From NCBI RefSeq assembly GCF_009914755.1, contig NC_060930.1: DNA of 64,000 nucleotides. One strand, written 5' to 3'. The notes under the pieces are model-generated. The model was not told the origin of the DNA, ran no database searches, and saw nothing but the letters and a program-made list of their open reading frames with translations. The position numbers were made by a program, and so were the translations under genes. This DNA comes from the human T2T-CHM13v2.0 reference genome, Homo sapiens. Positions 26,185-40,005 of this stretch are shown here, in pieces. Within the stretch, counting starts at the first letter, position 1; the number at the start of each line of letters is the position of its first letter.

Positions 26185-27666
26185 TGTTCTGCTGCTCTGG
26201 GGCAGGGCCAGAGGGGCTGGAAGGGAGGGGACAAAGAGGAGGAGAGAGAAGAGGGGAGGAGGAAAGGAGGACTGGTCTGAGGCAGGGGAGAGTTCAGCTC
26301 AGCTGCCCACGTAGATGTCAGGACCTGGGCACCAAGGGCCCATCACCCCAAGGCCCTGGTTATTTTTTGATTCCTAATTCAAAAGGAAAGGGGTGAGTCT
26401 CGGGTTGGGGGGTTCATGCTCTCCCTTCTGCTGGGCTTCTTGCCCCATCCTCTCTGCAAGAACCTCACTGCAGCTTACCCCATACTGTGGCTGCCAGAGA
26501 AGGAAAGTCAGGCGGCAAGACGTTCCATCAGTCAACAGTCAGTTAGACTGAGGACAATCAGGCCATCAACAAGCATTTTTTGAGACCCCCTGCTAGGGCT
26601 GACCAAGCACCCCCAGTGTCAGGGGATTACAGCTGGGGGGCTCAGCAAGTCAGAGGGCAACTCCAGGATAAGTGTCTGGTGAGAGAATAGAGGACTTTGC
26701 AGAGAGTGAGGAGGGCATCCTGGAGGAGCTGACCGGCTGAGAGCTGAAGGAGAAACAGGGTCATTTGGTTGAGTGGGGGAGGGTGGTGAGAAGGGGGCTC
26801 TAGCTACAGGAGAGGCTGTGCAGAGGCCCAGAGGCCCAGAGGCCCAGAGGCAGGTGGGAGCAGGGTCAGGGAGGTGGAAGCTGCAGGGAGTGGGACTGGG
26901 GAGAGATGGGGCAGGGACGAGGTGGCCTCACCAGCCTCTGTCCTCAGCCTCTGGGAGGAACTGAGGTGCTTTATGCCAGGAAGAGTCGGCTCAGGCTTGT
27001 GTTTAAAACTCTCAAAGGTGGGCAGACAGATGCTGTCCTCTGGGAGAGTCCTAGCCTGGTTGGGAGAGGGGGCAGTGTGGGGAAGGAGACGGCGAGTTCC
27101 TGAGATGTTCAGGAATCAGGCTGGTGGACCGGGAGAGAGGGGGTGGGAGCAAAGGACAGGGTTCATCAGGGGACAGGCTTCAGGTCCAAGTAACCCTGGA
27201 CCAGTATTAGGAAGATCAAGCTACCCTGGACATCTGGCTGAAGTTCCCCTGGGCACTGGTGCCCCACCTGCCTTTCCTGGGCTGCTCCATATGTGGATGA
27301 GGGGCTCAGCCTCCTCTCTGGCCAGAGATGCTGCTTGCTCCACTCGGGCCCAGGTTGCCCACTGGTCTGGTTCAGCCTCTCTCGGACTCATCCCCCAGGA
27401 CCCCCTTACCCATCTTCTGGTCCCTCCAGACCTGTTGGTGTAGTACTTACTCCATTTCCACATGTCCATGGAGAACATGTTCCAGGACGGCCCCTTCTCC
27501 CTCACCGCTCATTTCACAGAGGTAAGATGGGGCAGGTGGACTGAACCCATTCTCCTGGCCCTCACCCGCCAGCCATTGTCCATTCAGTGCCCTCTACGCC
27601 CACTTCAACGCTCAGCACAGCAGGAGCCGCTCAGCAGATGTGTTAGCGGCAAGAGAACAAGGGGTG

Positions 27667-27848
27667 GCTGGGCACGGTGGCTCACACCTGTAATCCTAAC
27701 ATTTTGAGAGGCAGAGGCAGAGGCAGGAGGAATGCTTGAGCTCAGAAGGCTGAGGCTGTGGTAAGCCATAATTGATCATGCCACTGCGCTCCAGCTGGGC
27801 GACACAGAGAGACCCTGTCTCCAAAAAAAAAAAAAAAAAAAAAAAAAG
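27667..27848 (+). mobile_element. Monomer-length Alu (J/FRAM-like)
   Basis: Left-arm head, right-arm tail, polyA; about 155 bp body. Confidence 0.85.
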
Positions 27849-28712
27849 CCTCCCGTGATGGGGAGGCTGCAGCCTGTGTGGGGCTACCTACCTGCCCAGC
27901 TGCCTTCGGGTGGCTGAGCTCCTCTCCCATCTCCACTGTGTGGATGGACGTGGGCCTCCCCACACCCAGAGAGGGAAGAGCCCCACAGAAATAACAGGAA
28001 TTCCTGGGGTGCCCTGAAGCCTGGTTTAAAGTGGGGTGGGGATCCGATCCTCCCCTCCCTGCCCCCTGACTCCCCCCTGCAGGGTGACTGACTGATCACA
28101 TTTCACCAGGGAAGGCACATGGCCTCTTGTGTGCTCTGTCCCTCCCCCTGCCCAGCTGTGTGCTGGGCTCCGGTTACCTGGCCCTGGAAGAGGGTATGAC
28201 CTCCTTTCCCCCCAGCCCTGCGCCACCTCTCCTCTCCCTATCAGGCTGGACTCACATCCCTATTCTGGGAATCCCAGAACCACCACAGGGATGAGCAGGA
28301 GGCCCTTCAGGTTCTAGAGGGGGAAGGACTTCCCACTTGAGCAAGATGGCCAGTGAGTGCCCTGGCCCCCAGGTCTCCAGGAGGGCCTGTCCACATTCCA
28401 CCACCTGCTTTCTGCGTTTGTTTTGCTGCTGTTGTAAAGAGCAAGGTTCCATATTGACTTCTTATTCTTCTATTTATGTAACAACATTTTCGAGCCCTTA
28501 ATATGTGATCTGAGACATACAGCAGTAAACACACACAGGGCCCCACCGTCCAGAACTGGTACTTTCCTTATGCAATCAAATAGGGCACTTTATTTCTGTT
28601 TTCCAACTTCAGCCAATTTCTCTCCATGGTCGTTTCCCCAAAGCTCAGCTTCCCTTCCAAGATGCCTGCTGCTATGCATCTTTCCATAGCCATGTCTGTG
28701 ACCCACCTTGCT

Positions 28713-28769
28713 CCCTGCTGCTTCCTAGTCAGTGGGGCAGATGGCCCCACTGACTAGGAAGCAGCAGGG
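28713..28769. repeat. Perfect 26-bp inverted repeat with 5-nt loop
   Basis: ccctgctgcttcctagtcagtggggc-agatg-gccccactgactaggaagcagcaggg. Confidence 0.95.
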
Positions 28770-29032
28770 GTGCCACCACTCAGGTCCTCAGGGACAGACA
28801 ACCTCTGCAGGCCGTGTGTGTGTGTGTGCGCGCGGCCCCGGGAATGGGAGGTGTGAGGGGAGCCACCATGCCCACCCTATGACCATGATCAGTAGAAGCA
28901 GGTTAGGGGGAGGGCCGGCCCTGCCCTGAGCTCTTCACACACTTTATCTTGTTTGGTCCTCACAATAGCCTTGTGAGGGAGGGGCCATCATTCCCCTCAT
29001 TTCACAGTGGAGGAAACAAGAGTGGCCTAGCC
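28736..29032 (+). repeat. About 300-bp local direct duplication, copy 1
   Basis: Aligns end-to-end with 30589-30901. Confidence 0.95.
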
Positions 29033-29269
29033 TGGTCCTGACTTCTGGAAATCAGTCCTGACCAGCGTGGCACTCACTATTCTGTGGACTGGAGCATCCT
29101 AGGCCAGCCCTTAGATGCCACCATTCGGAGGAGAAAACCCCTTGGGCTCATAGGCATGCACTTACTATTTGGTGGGCAGGTCTCTCTCTGGCCAGCTCCC
29201 CCTTGGCCTCTCCCTCCCCAGCCTGGACTGACCTTTGAGGACTTCCCACTTCACTGCTGCCTTCCCTGG

Positions 29270-29868
29270 CTGTTCATCCATCACTATGTCCTGTGGATTT
29301 CATGTCCCAAACATTTCTCAAATTAGTCCCCTTTTCTCCATCTCTATGGCCCTGGCCTGGCCCACCATGTGGTCATGGATGACTTCAGTAGCTCCTCATG
29401 TTCTCCCACATCTCTTTACAAGCCTGCTCCTACAAGCCATTCTCCCCAGAGTGATGTTTAGAAACAATTCAAGTCACGTCACTTTGCTGCTTAATACTCT
29501 TCAGTGGCTCCATCCTTAGAATAAAGTCCAAATTTCACCCCCAGCGTTCAGCCCCTGCCCACCTCCTCAGCCCCACCTCACACCTGGTTAACTCCTCTTC
29601 ATCCTTCAGATGCCAGCTCCAGCTCCAGTGTCACCACCTCCAGGAAGCCCTCCCCGCCCTTTCTGACACAGTCCACCACCTCGTCCCTTTTTTTAGAAGT
29701 GCTTATGCCAGCTGTAGTTGCATATTTATGTGTGTGACTTGCTCCTTGCCTGTCTCTCTTCCTTGGGGATGGTGACTTGGCTCAGTTTGCTCAACGCTAT
29801 GTCCTCAGCATGTAACCCAGCGCCAGCCTTCCAGTACTTGTTTGGTGAATGAATGAATGAGTGGATAA
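29270..29868 (+). mobile_element. L2 3' fragment
   Basis: cacgtcactttgctgcttaatactcttcagtggctcc...aataaagtccaaa; ends gaatgaatgaatga. Confidence 0.75.
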
Positions 29869-30588
29869 ACACGTGGACACATTCTGGGTCTCTGGCTTTC
29901 CCTCCTGGGCTCGCCATGCTCTGGCTTGCACAACAGCGGTTTCCTTTCCTCTCCCTGACCCCAGTTAATGGGGGCCTTTGGCTCGGTTGCTGTGGCTCTG
30001 TGGCATCATCCCTCCTCAACAGCTGCCCCTGTCCCTGCTCCCATGACCCAGTGTTCCTGCCCTAGAGACAACAACCTCCACCTCATTCTAGGACATGTCA
30101 TCACCCCTTCCCACAGTGTAAACATGGGTGGCGGCTACAGACCTGCCCAGGTTCCAGTAAAGCCCCTCCTCCCATGCTGGGCTCCCCTCTCGCTGCACCC
30201 CAGCTTGGCATAGCACCTTCCCCTTCCTTCTCCTCCCCGCCGCCCCACTCCCTAGAAAGTGCAGGATGGAGCATGCCCTGAGAGAGGTCACTGTCCAGCC
30301 CTTTGCAGCAAGGGGGGGCCTTGTGGCTAGGCGGCTTGTGGCTTCCCTATCATCACATCCCTGCTGGCCTGACCTGGCCCCTAGCTCCCAGCCCCACCTG
30401 GGAGCTTCCAGCCTGGGTGTTGGATCCAGTTCAGGTCGTTGCATCAGAGCCTGCCCTGTCGGGCTCCCCAACAGCTGAAGATACTGGGGTAGAAGGGCCG
30501 GCCCAGACCACTACAGCCGGGAATGTGGGAGGATGAGCTGTTGAGCCACAGATTGCAAAATCTGGGAGGTGATAAACTCTCTCTGGAA

Positions 30589-30661
30589 GGCAGATGGCCC
30601 CACTGACTGGGAAGCAAGGGTGTTACCACTTAGGTCCTCAGGGACAGACAACCTCTGCAGG

Positions 30662-30702
<41 letters not shown>

Positions 30703-30901
30703 GCCCCGGGAATGGGAGGTGTGAGGGGAGCCACCATGCCCACCCTATGGCCATGATCAGTAGAAGCAGGTTAGGGGCAGAGGGCCGGCCCTGCCCTGAG
30801 CTCTTCACACACTTTATCTCGTTTGGTCCTCACAATAGCCCTGTGAGGGAGGGGCCATCATTCCCCTCATTTCACAGCAGAGGAAACAGAGTGGCCTAGC
30901 C
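30589..30901 (+). repeat. About 300-bp local direct duplication, copy 2 (with longer (GT)n)
   Basis: Aligns end-to-end with 28736-29032. Confidence 0.95.
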
Positions 30902-31949
30902 GGGATTTGAATCTGGGGCCCCCACTCCTAACACGGATTCATTTTCCGGCAGCCCTCGGTCACACCTTGGTGCAAAGACACGTCTCCACCCAACGGGGAA
31001 GGCACGGGTCACCCCTCCACTTCCCCAGCCAAGCCCGGCGCCATGTTTGGGCCTGGAGAAGGCTGGGAGGAGGGGAGGAGATGACTGCCCCTGCATGTGG
31101 ACACAGGCTGGGGACTTGGCACTGGGCTAGCTCTCCCAGCAGCGCTGGGTCATTCATCCACATCCCCCCAGACCACACCACATCTGGCTGAGGCCCAGGG
31201 AAAAGATATCCCTGCTGAGGGTCACATGGGGAGCTGGGACGCAGAGGACCCAAAGCTGCCACCTCCCAGGCCAGGACAGTGCTCAAGAAGTCAGGTTCTT
31301 GTGGACTTTTAATCCACGCAAGAGCCAATGTGTGACATTGAGAAGCCAATTACACGCCGTTGATACTCCACCCCGTGTCTCCTTTGTCCCACAAACAATC
31401 TGTGTGTAACATTTACAAGGCCTTCACGGTGGCTGACATCAAGGACTGCAGGAGGAAGGTGGCCAGCTGGGGCCCCGCCCTGCCCACTGGTCCTTGGAGA
31501 ACTTTGCTGCCTTCTCTAGGGTGGAGGGCCTCTTTCCTCAAGAGAACAGGCTGCCACCTGCCTTCCAGGCACGAGGGGGAGACTGGGAGGACCCTGCCCT
31601 GAGCATCTCCCCAGGGCATGCCTGAGCCTGCCACTCTTGTTGGTTTGACAGCTTTGTTGGCTCTGCTCAGAGCAGTCCTTTAGAGAAAGAAAGAAAATCC
31701 TGAAACACCACAGCTGGAGGGGCCCTGAGAGGCCACCTGATAACAGTCCTTTCATTTTCCAGGAGAGGAGAGACAAAGTTAGGCTGCAAAGAGGTGAGAG
31801 GCCCTGCCTGGGGTTGCAGGGTGGCTAGTGGATGAGCCAGAACTAAACCCCAGTCTCAGAATGGCCAGTTCCTTCTGCTGCACAGAATCCAGGCTGGACT
31901 GTGGATGTGGACTCACCTGGGCTCCATTCTTCACTCTGCCATTTCCTGG

Positions 31950-32110
31950 TGATGTGACTATGGCTGGGCGTCTTAACCTCACTGGGCCTCAGTTTCCTTA
32001 TCTGTAAAATGGGGATAATTTTCTTTGGACTGTTGTGATGTTTCCATGATATAATGCAAGTAAAAAGCATTTAGCACAGTGTATCAAACAGCATTCCCCA
32101 AAATCTTGAG
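31950..32110 (+). mobile_element. MIR
   Basis: gggcctcagtttccttatctgtaaaatggggataat. Confidence 0.8.
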
Positions 32111-32117
32111 TATTGTT

Positions 32118-32397
32118 ATTTTTTAATTTTTTTATATTTTAGAGACAGGCTCATGTTCTGTTGCCCAGGCTGGATTGCAGTGGCACAGTCATGGCTCACT
32201 GCAGGGCTCAAGTGATCTTCCTGCCTCAGCCATCTAAGGACACAGGACTGTGGATGTGCACCACTGTGGATTTTTTTGTAGAGTTGGGGGTATCACTATG
32301 TTGCCTAGGCTGGTCTGGAACTCCTGGGCTCAAGAGATCTTCCTGCCCTGGCCTCCCAAAGTGCTAGAATTACAGGCATGAGCCACCACGCTTGACC
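32118..32397 (-). mobile_element. Alu (J family, degenerate)
   Basis: Antisense Alu with deletions. Confidence 0.9.
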
Positions 32398-32884
32398 TAT
32401 TATTTTTAATAACATGGGGCTTGGTCTCTGGAAGTGGAAATGAGGTTGTCATACTTTCTAACTGTGATTTCGGATTATGTCTTGACATGGTTATGTCGTG
32501 GCTCAGAATATTTGAATCTGGCATTGTCCCCCAAATCCAAGAGACACGTAAATTGCTGTGGGAGCAGAGGGTAGGAGAGATTAATCTACTTGCCATGGGG
32601 GTGGAGTGCAGGCCTCCTAGGGGAGAGGGCATCCAAGCTGGGCCTTGAAGGACTCCTGTAGTAGTCTCCAAGCAGAGAAGTGAATGAAGGGAACAGCAAG
32701 GGGAACAGCATCCACAAAGGCCCAGAGGCCTGGAAGAGCATGGCATTTCTGGAAGGCTTCAAGGTGGCTGGGGTGGGAGTGGGGATGGAGGCAGATAGGA
32801 TACCTCATCTCTCCTCCCTCTCCAGGGGTGCCCATTTCAACTGAAGCCAGGACTGCAGCTCCTTGCCAAGACAACACTTTATAG

Positions 32885-33286
<402 letters not shown>

Positions 33287-34009
33287 TGGCCTATTATTTT
33301 TAATAACATGGATTCCACAGATGAGGACATAGAAGTCCCCAGAGGGAGCGGCCCCCCAGATATACCCAGCTGGGCCGGGGGAGAGCCAGGTGAGGACCCA
33401 GATGTGCAGAGTCTCCTGCTGGGGGTTGGACTTTCAGACGTGGGTGGTGGGAGCTGAGGAGGATTAACTTGGGGAATGGGGAGGTGCAAGGCGGCATCTC
33501 TCTGCTGGAAGGAAGGTGCGGGGCTGGGGCTGTGATTGCTGGGCAGGGATGATAGCCTAGGGGGCGGCCACGCGTGTTATTTATGGCTGTTTATTTGAGA
33601 GTCCTTCAGGGCCGCTAAAGTAATTGAATAAGTGAGGGTGAGCAAATGCGGGCGATCATTTAATTGTGGCAGAAAATGAAGTTGGTTGCAGCTGGGGGCT
33701 GCCAGCCCATTACTGTCGGCCCTGGTTTCTGCTGAGCTGGGCTGGCGGGGCTGAAGCTGCTATCCATCCTTGGCCTGCCCACACACTGTCCCCTGGCAGC
33801 TGGCCCTGCACCTGGGCAGGTTGGTGGTCAGGGAATTTGTTCTCTGGGCATCCCACTCCCCATGGCCCCATCTCTGCCCCAGGAAGGCCCCGGAGGCTGC
33901 TGTAGACAGTGAGGGGACTGGGAAGACCCAGGAGGGCAGGGGATGCTTGGAGCCTGGTGGCGAGAGCAGGGGTTCAGATCACAACGTCTGTAACGACAAC
34001 GTCAGCAGA

Positions 34010-34160
34010 CACATATAAAGCCCTTATTATGTGCCAGGCACTGTTACAACCATGAATATGTATCAACTCAGTCAATCCTCCAGTAACTTTGTGAGGAAAG
34101 TGCCATTATTATCCCTTGATTGCACAGATGAGGAAACTGAGACACAGGCTTCTGACTCCT
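34010..34160 (-). mobile_element. MIR
   Basis: atgtgccaggcactg...acagatgaggaaactgagacacag. Confidence 0.7.
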
Positions 34161-34879
34161 CACACAGGGTTGAGAGTCCCCTGGGAGGTTCTGAGATTCT
34201 GGGGAATCCCCTGGGAAGCTGCCGCAGCCATCAGGTGAGACATAGTGAGACCTGGCCACAGGGGTCCCAGAGGGTCGTGGGGCTCTCTTGAGCCCTGAGG
34301 ACCCTTAAGGCCCTGCAGACTTTCTCCCTCACACGTCTCTCTTATTTTAGCCTAGCTGTGCCCCAACTGCCTGCACCCCTGGACAAGGCCAGTGCAGAAA
34401 CCCAGACCCCAAGTTCTGAGGCCGGAGGAGGCCACTTGCAGGCCTGGGCCCGCTCAGCCCCCAGAGCTCCTCTGGTGCCCTTTCCAGCCCCTGCAGGTGC
34501 AGATAAAATTAGGCCTAGAAGGCGAGAAGCCAGTTCACCTTCCCAGACTGGGGCAGTGACAGTGTCCCCAAGGCAGTGCCGGGAAGGGCAGCCTCGAGCA
34601 GATGGAGAGTGTGGGGGCAGGGTTGGGAGGCTGGGTCTAGACTGAATTGTCTAGACTGAATTGGAGGTGACCACAGGCAAGTCCTTAAGGTGGCCAGAGA
34701 GCAAATAGAAATACCAGACACCCAGTCACATTTGAATTTAATCCCGTGCTACTCACATTTCAGTGGGGTCCTGTGTTTTGTGTGGTGGCCCTCCCTGCAG
34801 CTCCAGGCCTGTTTCTTCACCTGCCAAGCCCGATGTACAGGCTGCCTGCCACACCCACTGGGGGTCCCCCCCGCTGTGA

Positions 34880-35377
<498 letters not shown>

Positions 35378-35439
35378 TAGATGGTAGTGTGGTAGAGAAA
35401 AAAAATGCAGTGAATTAATGATGGGGTGTATTGGGGGTT

Positions 35440-35720
35440 TCAGTGTTAAATAAGCGGGTCAGGGAAGGCCTGGCGGAGGTGTCTTTTGAGCAGAGACTTG
35501 AGGAGGTAGGATTGCCAGTGTGTAGATGTGGGAAGAGGAGGCCAGGAAGAGGCGCTGCAAGTGCAAAGGCCCAGGGGCAGGAGTCAGGAGGCCAGTGTGG
35601 CTGGAGCAGAGGAAGCCAGGGGAGAGAGGTAGAGAAGAGGGTCAGAGGGGTCTGTGTGTGTGTGTGTGTGAGAGACAGAGAGAGAGCGAGAGAGACTCTT
35701 TGGCTTCTCCTTTGAGTGGA
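35440..35720 (-). mobile_element. L2 fragment
   Basis: gtcagggaaggcct...tttgagcagagacttga...gcaagtgcaaaggccc. Confidence 0.7.
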
Positions 35721-36571
35721 CAGGGGTCAATCCTAAACAATCTGTGAAGCTCAGTGCAAAATGAAATCTTGGGGCCCTTCTGAGCATGGAACTTATTTCG
35801 TGTATCATGAAGCCAGCCTTGGGGTCAAGGAATGAAACGGGGCCAGTGAGGATGTTTTGCATTTGTCAGGCTGGAGGTGACAGGGGTGCAGACAGTGGAG
35901 GTAGAGAGATGTGGCTAGACTATCCCCATTTTATAGATGGAGAAACTGAGTCCTAGGGGCTGTAAGTCACTAGCCTAAGAGCACACAGCTAGTAAGTGAC
36001 CAAACCAGGAAGAAAACCCAGTTCAAGGCGTGTCCCCTGCTGTGTTTGCAACACCGTCTTGGTCTGCAGCCCCACCGCCACCTGCGGGGCACTTGTAGGT
36101 TCGTGCTGGCTGCACTCTTCCCAGTACGGGGGCCACAGGTACCTCCAGGTCTTCCTCTTCTAACTTATCTGTCCTGGTCTTCACTGCACTGCTGCTCGCC
36201 TGCTGCAAGGCCCCTCCGGCCACTGCCTCAGCCTTCACCTCTCACGTGGAGGACACCCTTATCCTCTGCACACCTGGCCTCTCTGAGGCACAGCCTTCCT
36301 CATGCCCCAACCCAGGCTGTGGCAGTTCCCCTGGTGATGGGGTGAGTCTGGCCCCAGTCTGAGAGCCCCTCCTCCCTCACCTCCCCACCTGCTCCCTGAA
36401 CTTGGCTGCCCAGATATCCTTGTCCAGCGACTCCCTCCATCCACCTCTCTCCTCTTCTTGGCCTTCCCATGTTTTATCCTGATCAGCAGGCCATCTCCTC
36501 CAGGGAGCCCTCCCTGCTTGTGCAGCTGATGTTCTTGCCCTCTGCTGAGTTCCAGAGGCGCCTTGGTGCCA

Positions 36572-36655
36572 CAGCTAGAATAATATTTATGTGTCGTAAC
36601 ACTAATGTAAACATGGGATGCTGAGTTAATAAAAACTGTAGTGTAAGTACAGAGG
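36572..36655 (+). repeat. 84-bp direct repeat, copy A
   Basis: 83/84 identical to 38128-38211. Confidence 0.95.
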
Positions 36656-37410
36656 TGCCTTGGTTCCCTCCAATCTGCATCCTCCACCCAATTGGGCCGT
36701 GAGCTTTTTGAGGGTAGAGGATTGTCTCTTTGTCATTCCTTCATTTGTTCATTTATCCATCCATGCAGCACCTGCTAGGTACCAGGCACTGTGCTAGTTC
36801 TCGTGGGATTTATAATAAGAAATCAGAGATATGCTTCCAGTTAATCCCCACCGTGAACTAAGTACTATATCCAAGAACCCAACTAAATGTGATAGCAAAG
36901 GATGAAAAAGTGTGTGCCTGCAAGGACAGGGAGAATAAGCCAGAGAAGACTGCAGATGAGAGACTGCAGCTCAGAGAGGTGAAAAGAGACAGACAGGTGG
37001 TAACTAGCTCCCATCCAGCTTTTTCCACTCTGAGGCGGGCCGGCCATCAAGGGATCCAACAAGAAACAAGGTAAAAGTCTCTCAAACTGGAAGCCTCACA
37101 TACATCCGAGGCAGGGGGGATCAGCTGAAAGCTCTCAGATAATGCCCTCCACCAAAATGAGGACAGAAGCCAAGAAAGAGAATGGCGTGGCGTCTGGGAG
37201 GCAGGAAGTCCAATTCTGGAGAGTGGTGGAGGCGAGTCGCAGGGCCTCAGGGCTCTGCAGGCCTGGAGAGCGCTCCAGGGAGGGAAGGTGCCGCCAAAGG
37301 AACAACAGACTGATCAGATTACCGGAGGTATGTGACTACCTGGAGAGGAGGTTTAAAGTCTGGTCAGAGAGTTTGGGGATAAACTGATGAAGATGCATAG
37401 AAAGCTCAGG

Positions 37411-37710
37411 GGCCGGAGCTTGGTGGCTCAGGACTGTAAATCCCAGCGCTTTGGGAGGCCAAGGTGGGAGGGTCACTTGAGCCCAGGAGTTTGAGACCAG
37501 CCTGGGCAATTTAGGGAGACCCATCTCTTCAAAAAACAAACAAACAAACAAAACAAAAAAACTGGCCAGGTGTGGTGGCACGTGCCTGTAGTCCTGTAGT
37601 CCCAGCTACTTGGGAGAATCTCTTGAGCCCGGGAGGTTGAGGCTGTAGTGAGCCATGATGGCACCACTGCACTCCAGCCTGGGTGAGACCCTGTCTCAAA
37701 AGCAAAAACA
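37411..37710 (+). mobile_element. Alu (J family)
   Basis: cttgagcccaggagttt J features; TSD agaaa(g/c)ctcagg. Confidence 0.93.
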
Positions 37711-37768
37711 GAAACCTCAGGGAATAAACAACAACCAACAGGAAAATTAAACTTTAGGAACCAAAAAG

Positions 37769-38211
<443 letters not shown>

Positions 38212-38461
38212 CAGGATGGGGGAGGAGGAGTGGGCAGTGGGCCCGTTAAATCCTCCTAATGGGAAGTTAAAATACAATCTTTGCTAAGTCAATAGATAAA
38301 ATCGAAAATAAAAGAGCCATAAATTTGTCGTGTATGCATATTACATAGAACTGAGTCGGCCAACAGAGGTGGAAGTAAGCCTGGGGCTGGGGAAGGGACA
38401 GATGTTCTTTCTTCATAGCCATGAAGTCCTATTTGACTTTTAAAAGTTATGTCCATGTCAC

Positions 38462-38709
38462 TTTTTTCTTTTTTGAGACAGAGTCTCGCTCTGTCACCCA
38501 GGCTGGAGTGCAGTGGCGCGATCTTGGCTCACTGCAACCTCTGCCTCCCGCGGAGAGACTACAGGCACGCACCACTACACCTGGCTAATTTTTTGTATAC
38601 ACAGGTTTTTGCCATGTTGACCTGGTCTCAAACTCCTGAGCTCAAGCGATCCACCCGCCTTGGCCTCCCGAAGCGTGGGGTTTACAGGCGTGAGTCACTG
38701 TGCCCAGCT
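38462..38709 (-). mobile_element. Alu (Jb-like) with internal deletions
   Basis: Antisense Alu missing part of the right arm; TSD tgtcacttttt. Confidence 0.9.
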
Positions 38710-38761
38710 ATGTGTCACTTTTATAACAAACTTATCTTTTTAAAAAAAGAAGGGAGGGGAA

Positions 38762-39064
38762 GGCCGGGCGTGGTGGCTCATGCCTATAATCCCAGCACTT
38801 TGGAAGGCCAAGGCAGGTGGATCATGAGGTCAGGAGATCGAGACCATCCTGGTTAACACGGTGAAACCCCGTCTCTACTAAAAATAACAACAACAACAAA
38901 AAACTAGCTGGGCGTGGTGGCGGGTGCCTGTAGTCCCAGCTACTTGGGAGGCTGAGGCAGGAGAATGGCGTGAACCCAGGAGGCGGAGGTTGTAGTGAGC
39001 CAAGATTGCGCCACTGAACTCCAGACTGGGTGACAGAGTGAGACTCCGTCTAAAAAAAAAAAAA
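38762..39064 (+). mobile_element. Alu (Y/Sc-like)
   Basis: gagatcgagaccatcctgg..aacacggtg, ggagaatggcgtgaacc. Confidence 0.94.
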
Positions 39065-39624
39065 GGAGGGGAAAGGAAAAACAGAAGCCCCTAGTATATG
39101 GGTCCATGCACCAATGTGGACCCCCCACCTTGCCCTGCTGAAGCACCAAAGGATGCGCAGTGCAGGTGGATCAGCACAGGTGGCATGGCTAAGGACTCAG
39201 AGAGGGACTGAGCCTGCGAGCCTGCGGGAGGTCAGAGACAGATGCCGATGTGAAAAACTAATCCGCACTAAGGGGTTAATTGCTCCATCTCTCAGCTATC
39301 ACAAGGGCTCTTCAGCAGCTTGCTGATGCTCCATATATACTCACTAGCTAGAAGCTTTGACCCTACATTAGAAAGCAACCCCTGGGTGGGATGTAGCTCA
39401 TGGTAGCCACCCCTGGAGAGGTGTTAGGAGTGCTCAGTGGAGACTGCACCCCTTCCCTTCCCCCATGGGTCATCCAGGCTCAGGGTCTTATGTTTCCCAG
39501 GTTCCATGTTGAATGCATGACCTGAAGGGTGAGGGTGCAGGTTTGCATATATAGTTTCTCATATGCACGTGTGTGCACAGGTGTGCACATGTTGACGTGT
39601 ATGTGAGGGCATGTGCCTGTGTGA

Positions 39625-40005
<381 letters not shown>

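Noticed and set aside
34635-34662. 14-bp tandem duplication gtctagactgaatt; also (cagaggcc)n at 26821
   Set aside because: Ordinary slippage events with no further signal
36023-36238. 71-aa protein-looking ORF as possible pseudogene fragment
   Set aside because: No parent protein recognised, no polyA/TSD; would need tBLASTx to revive
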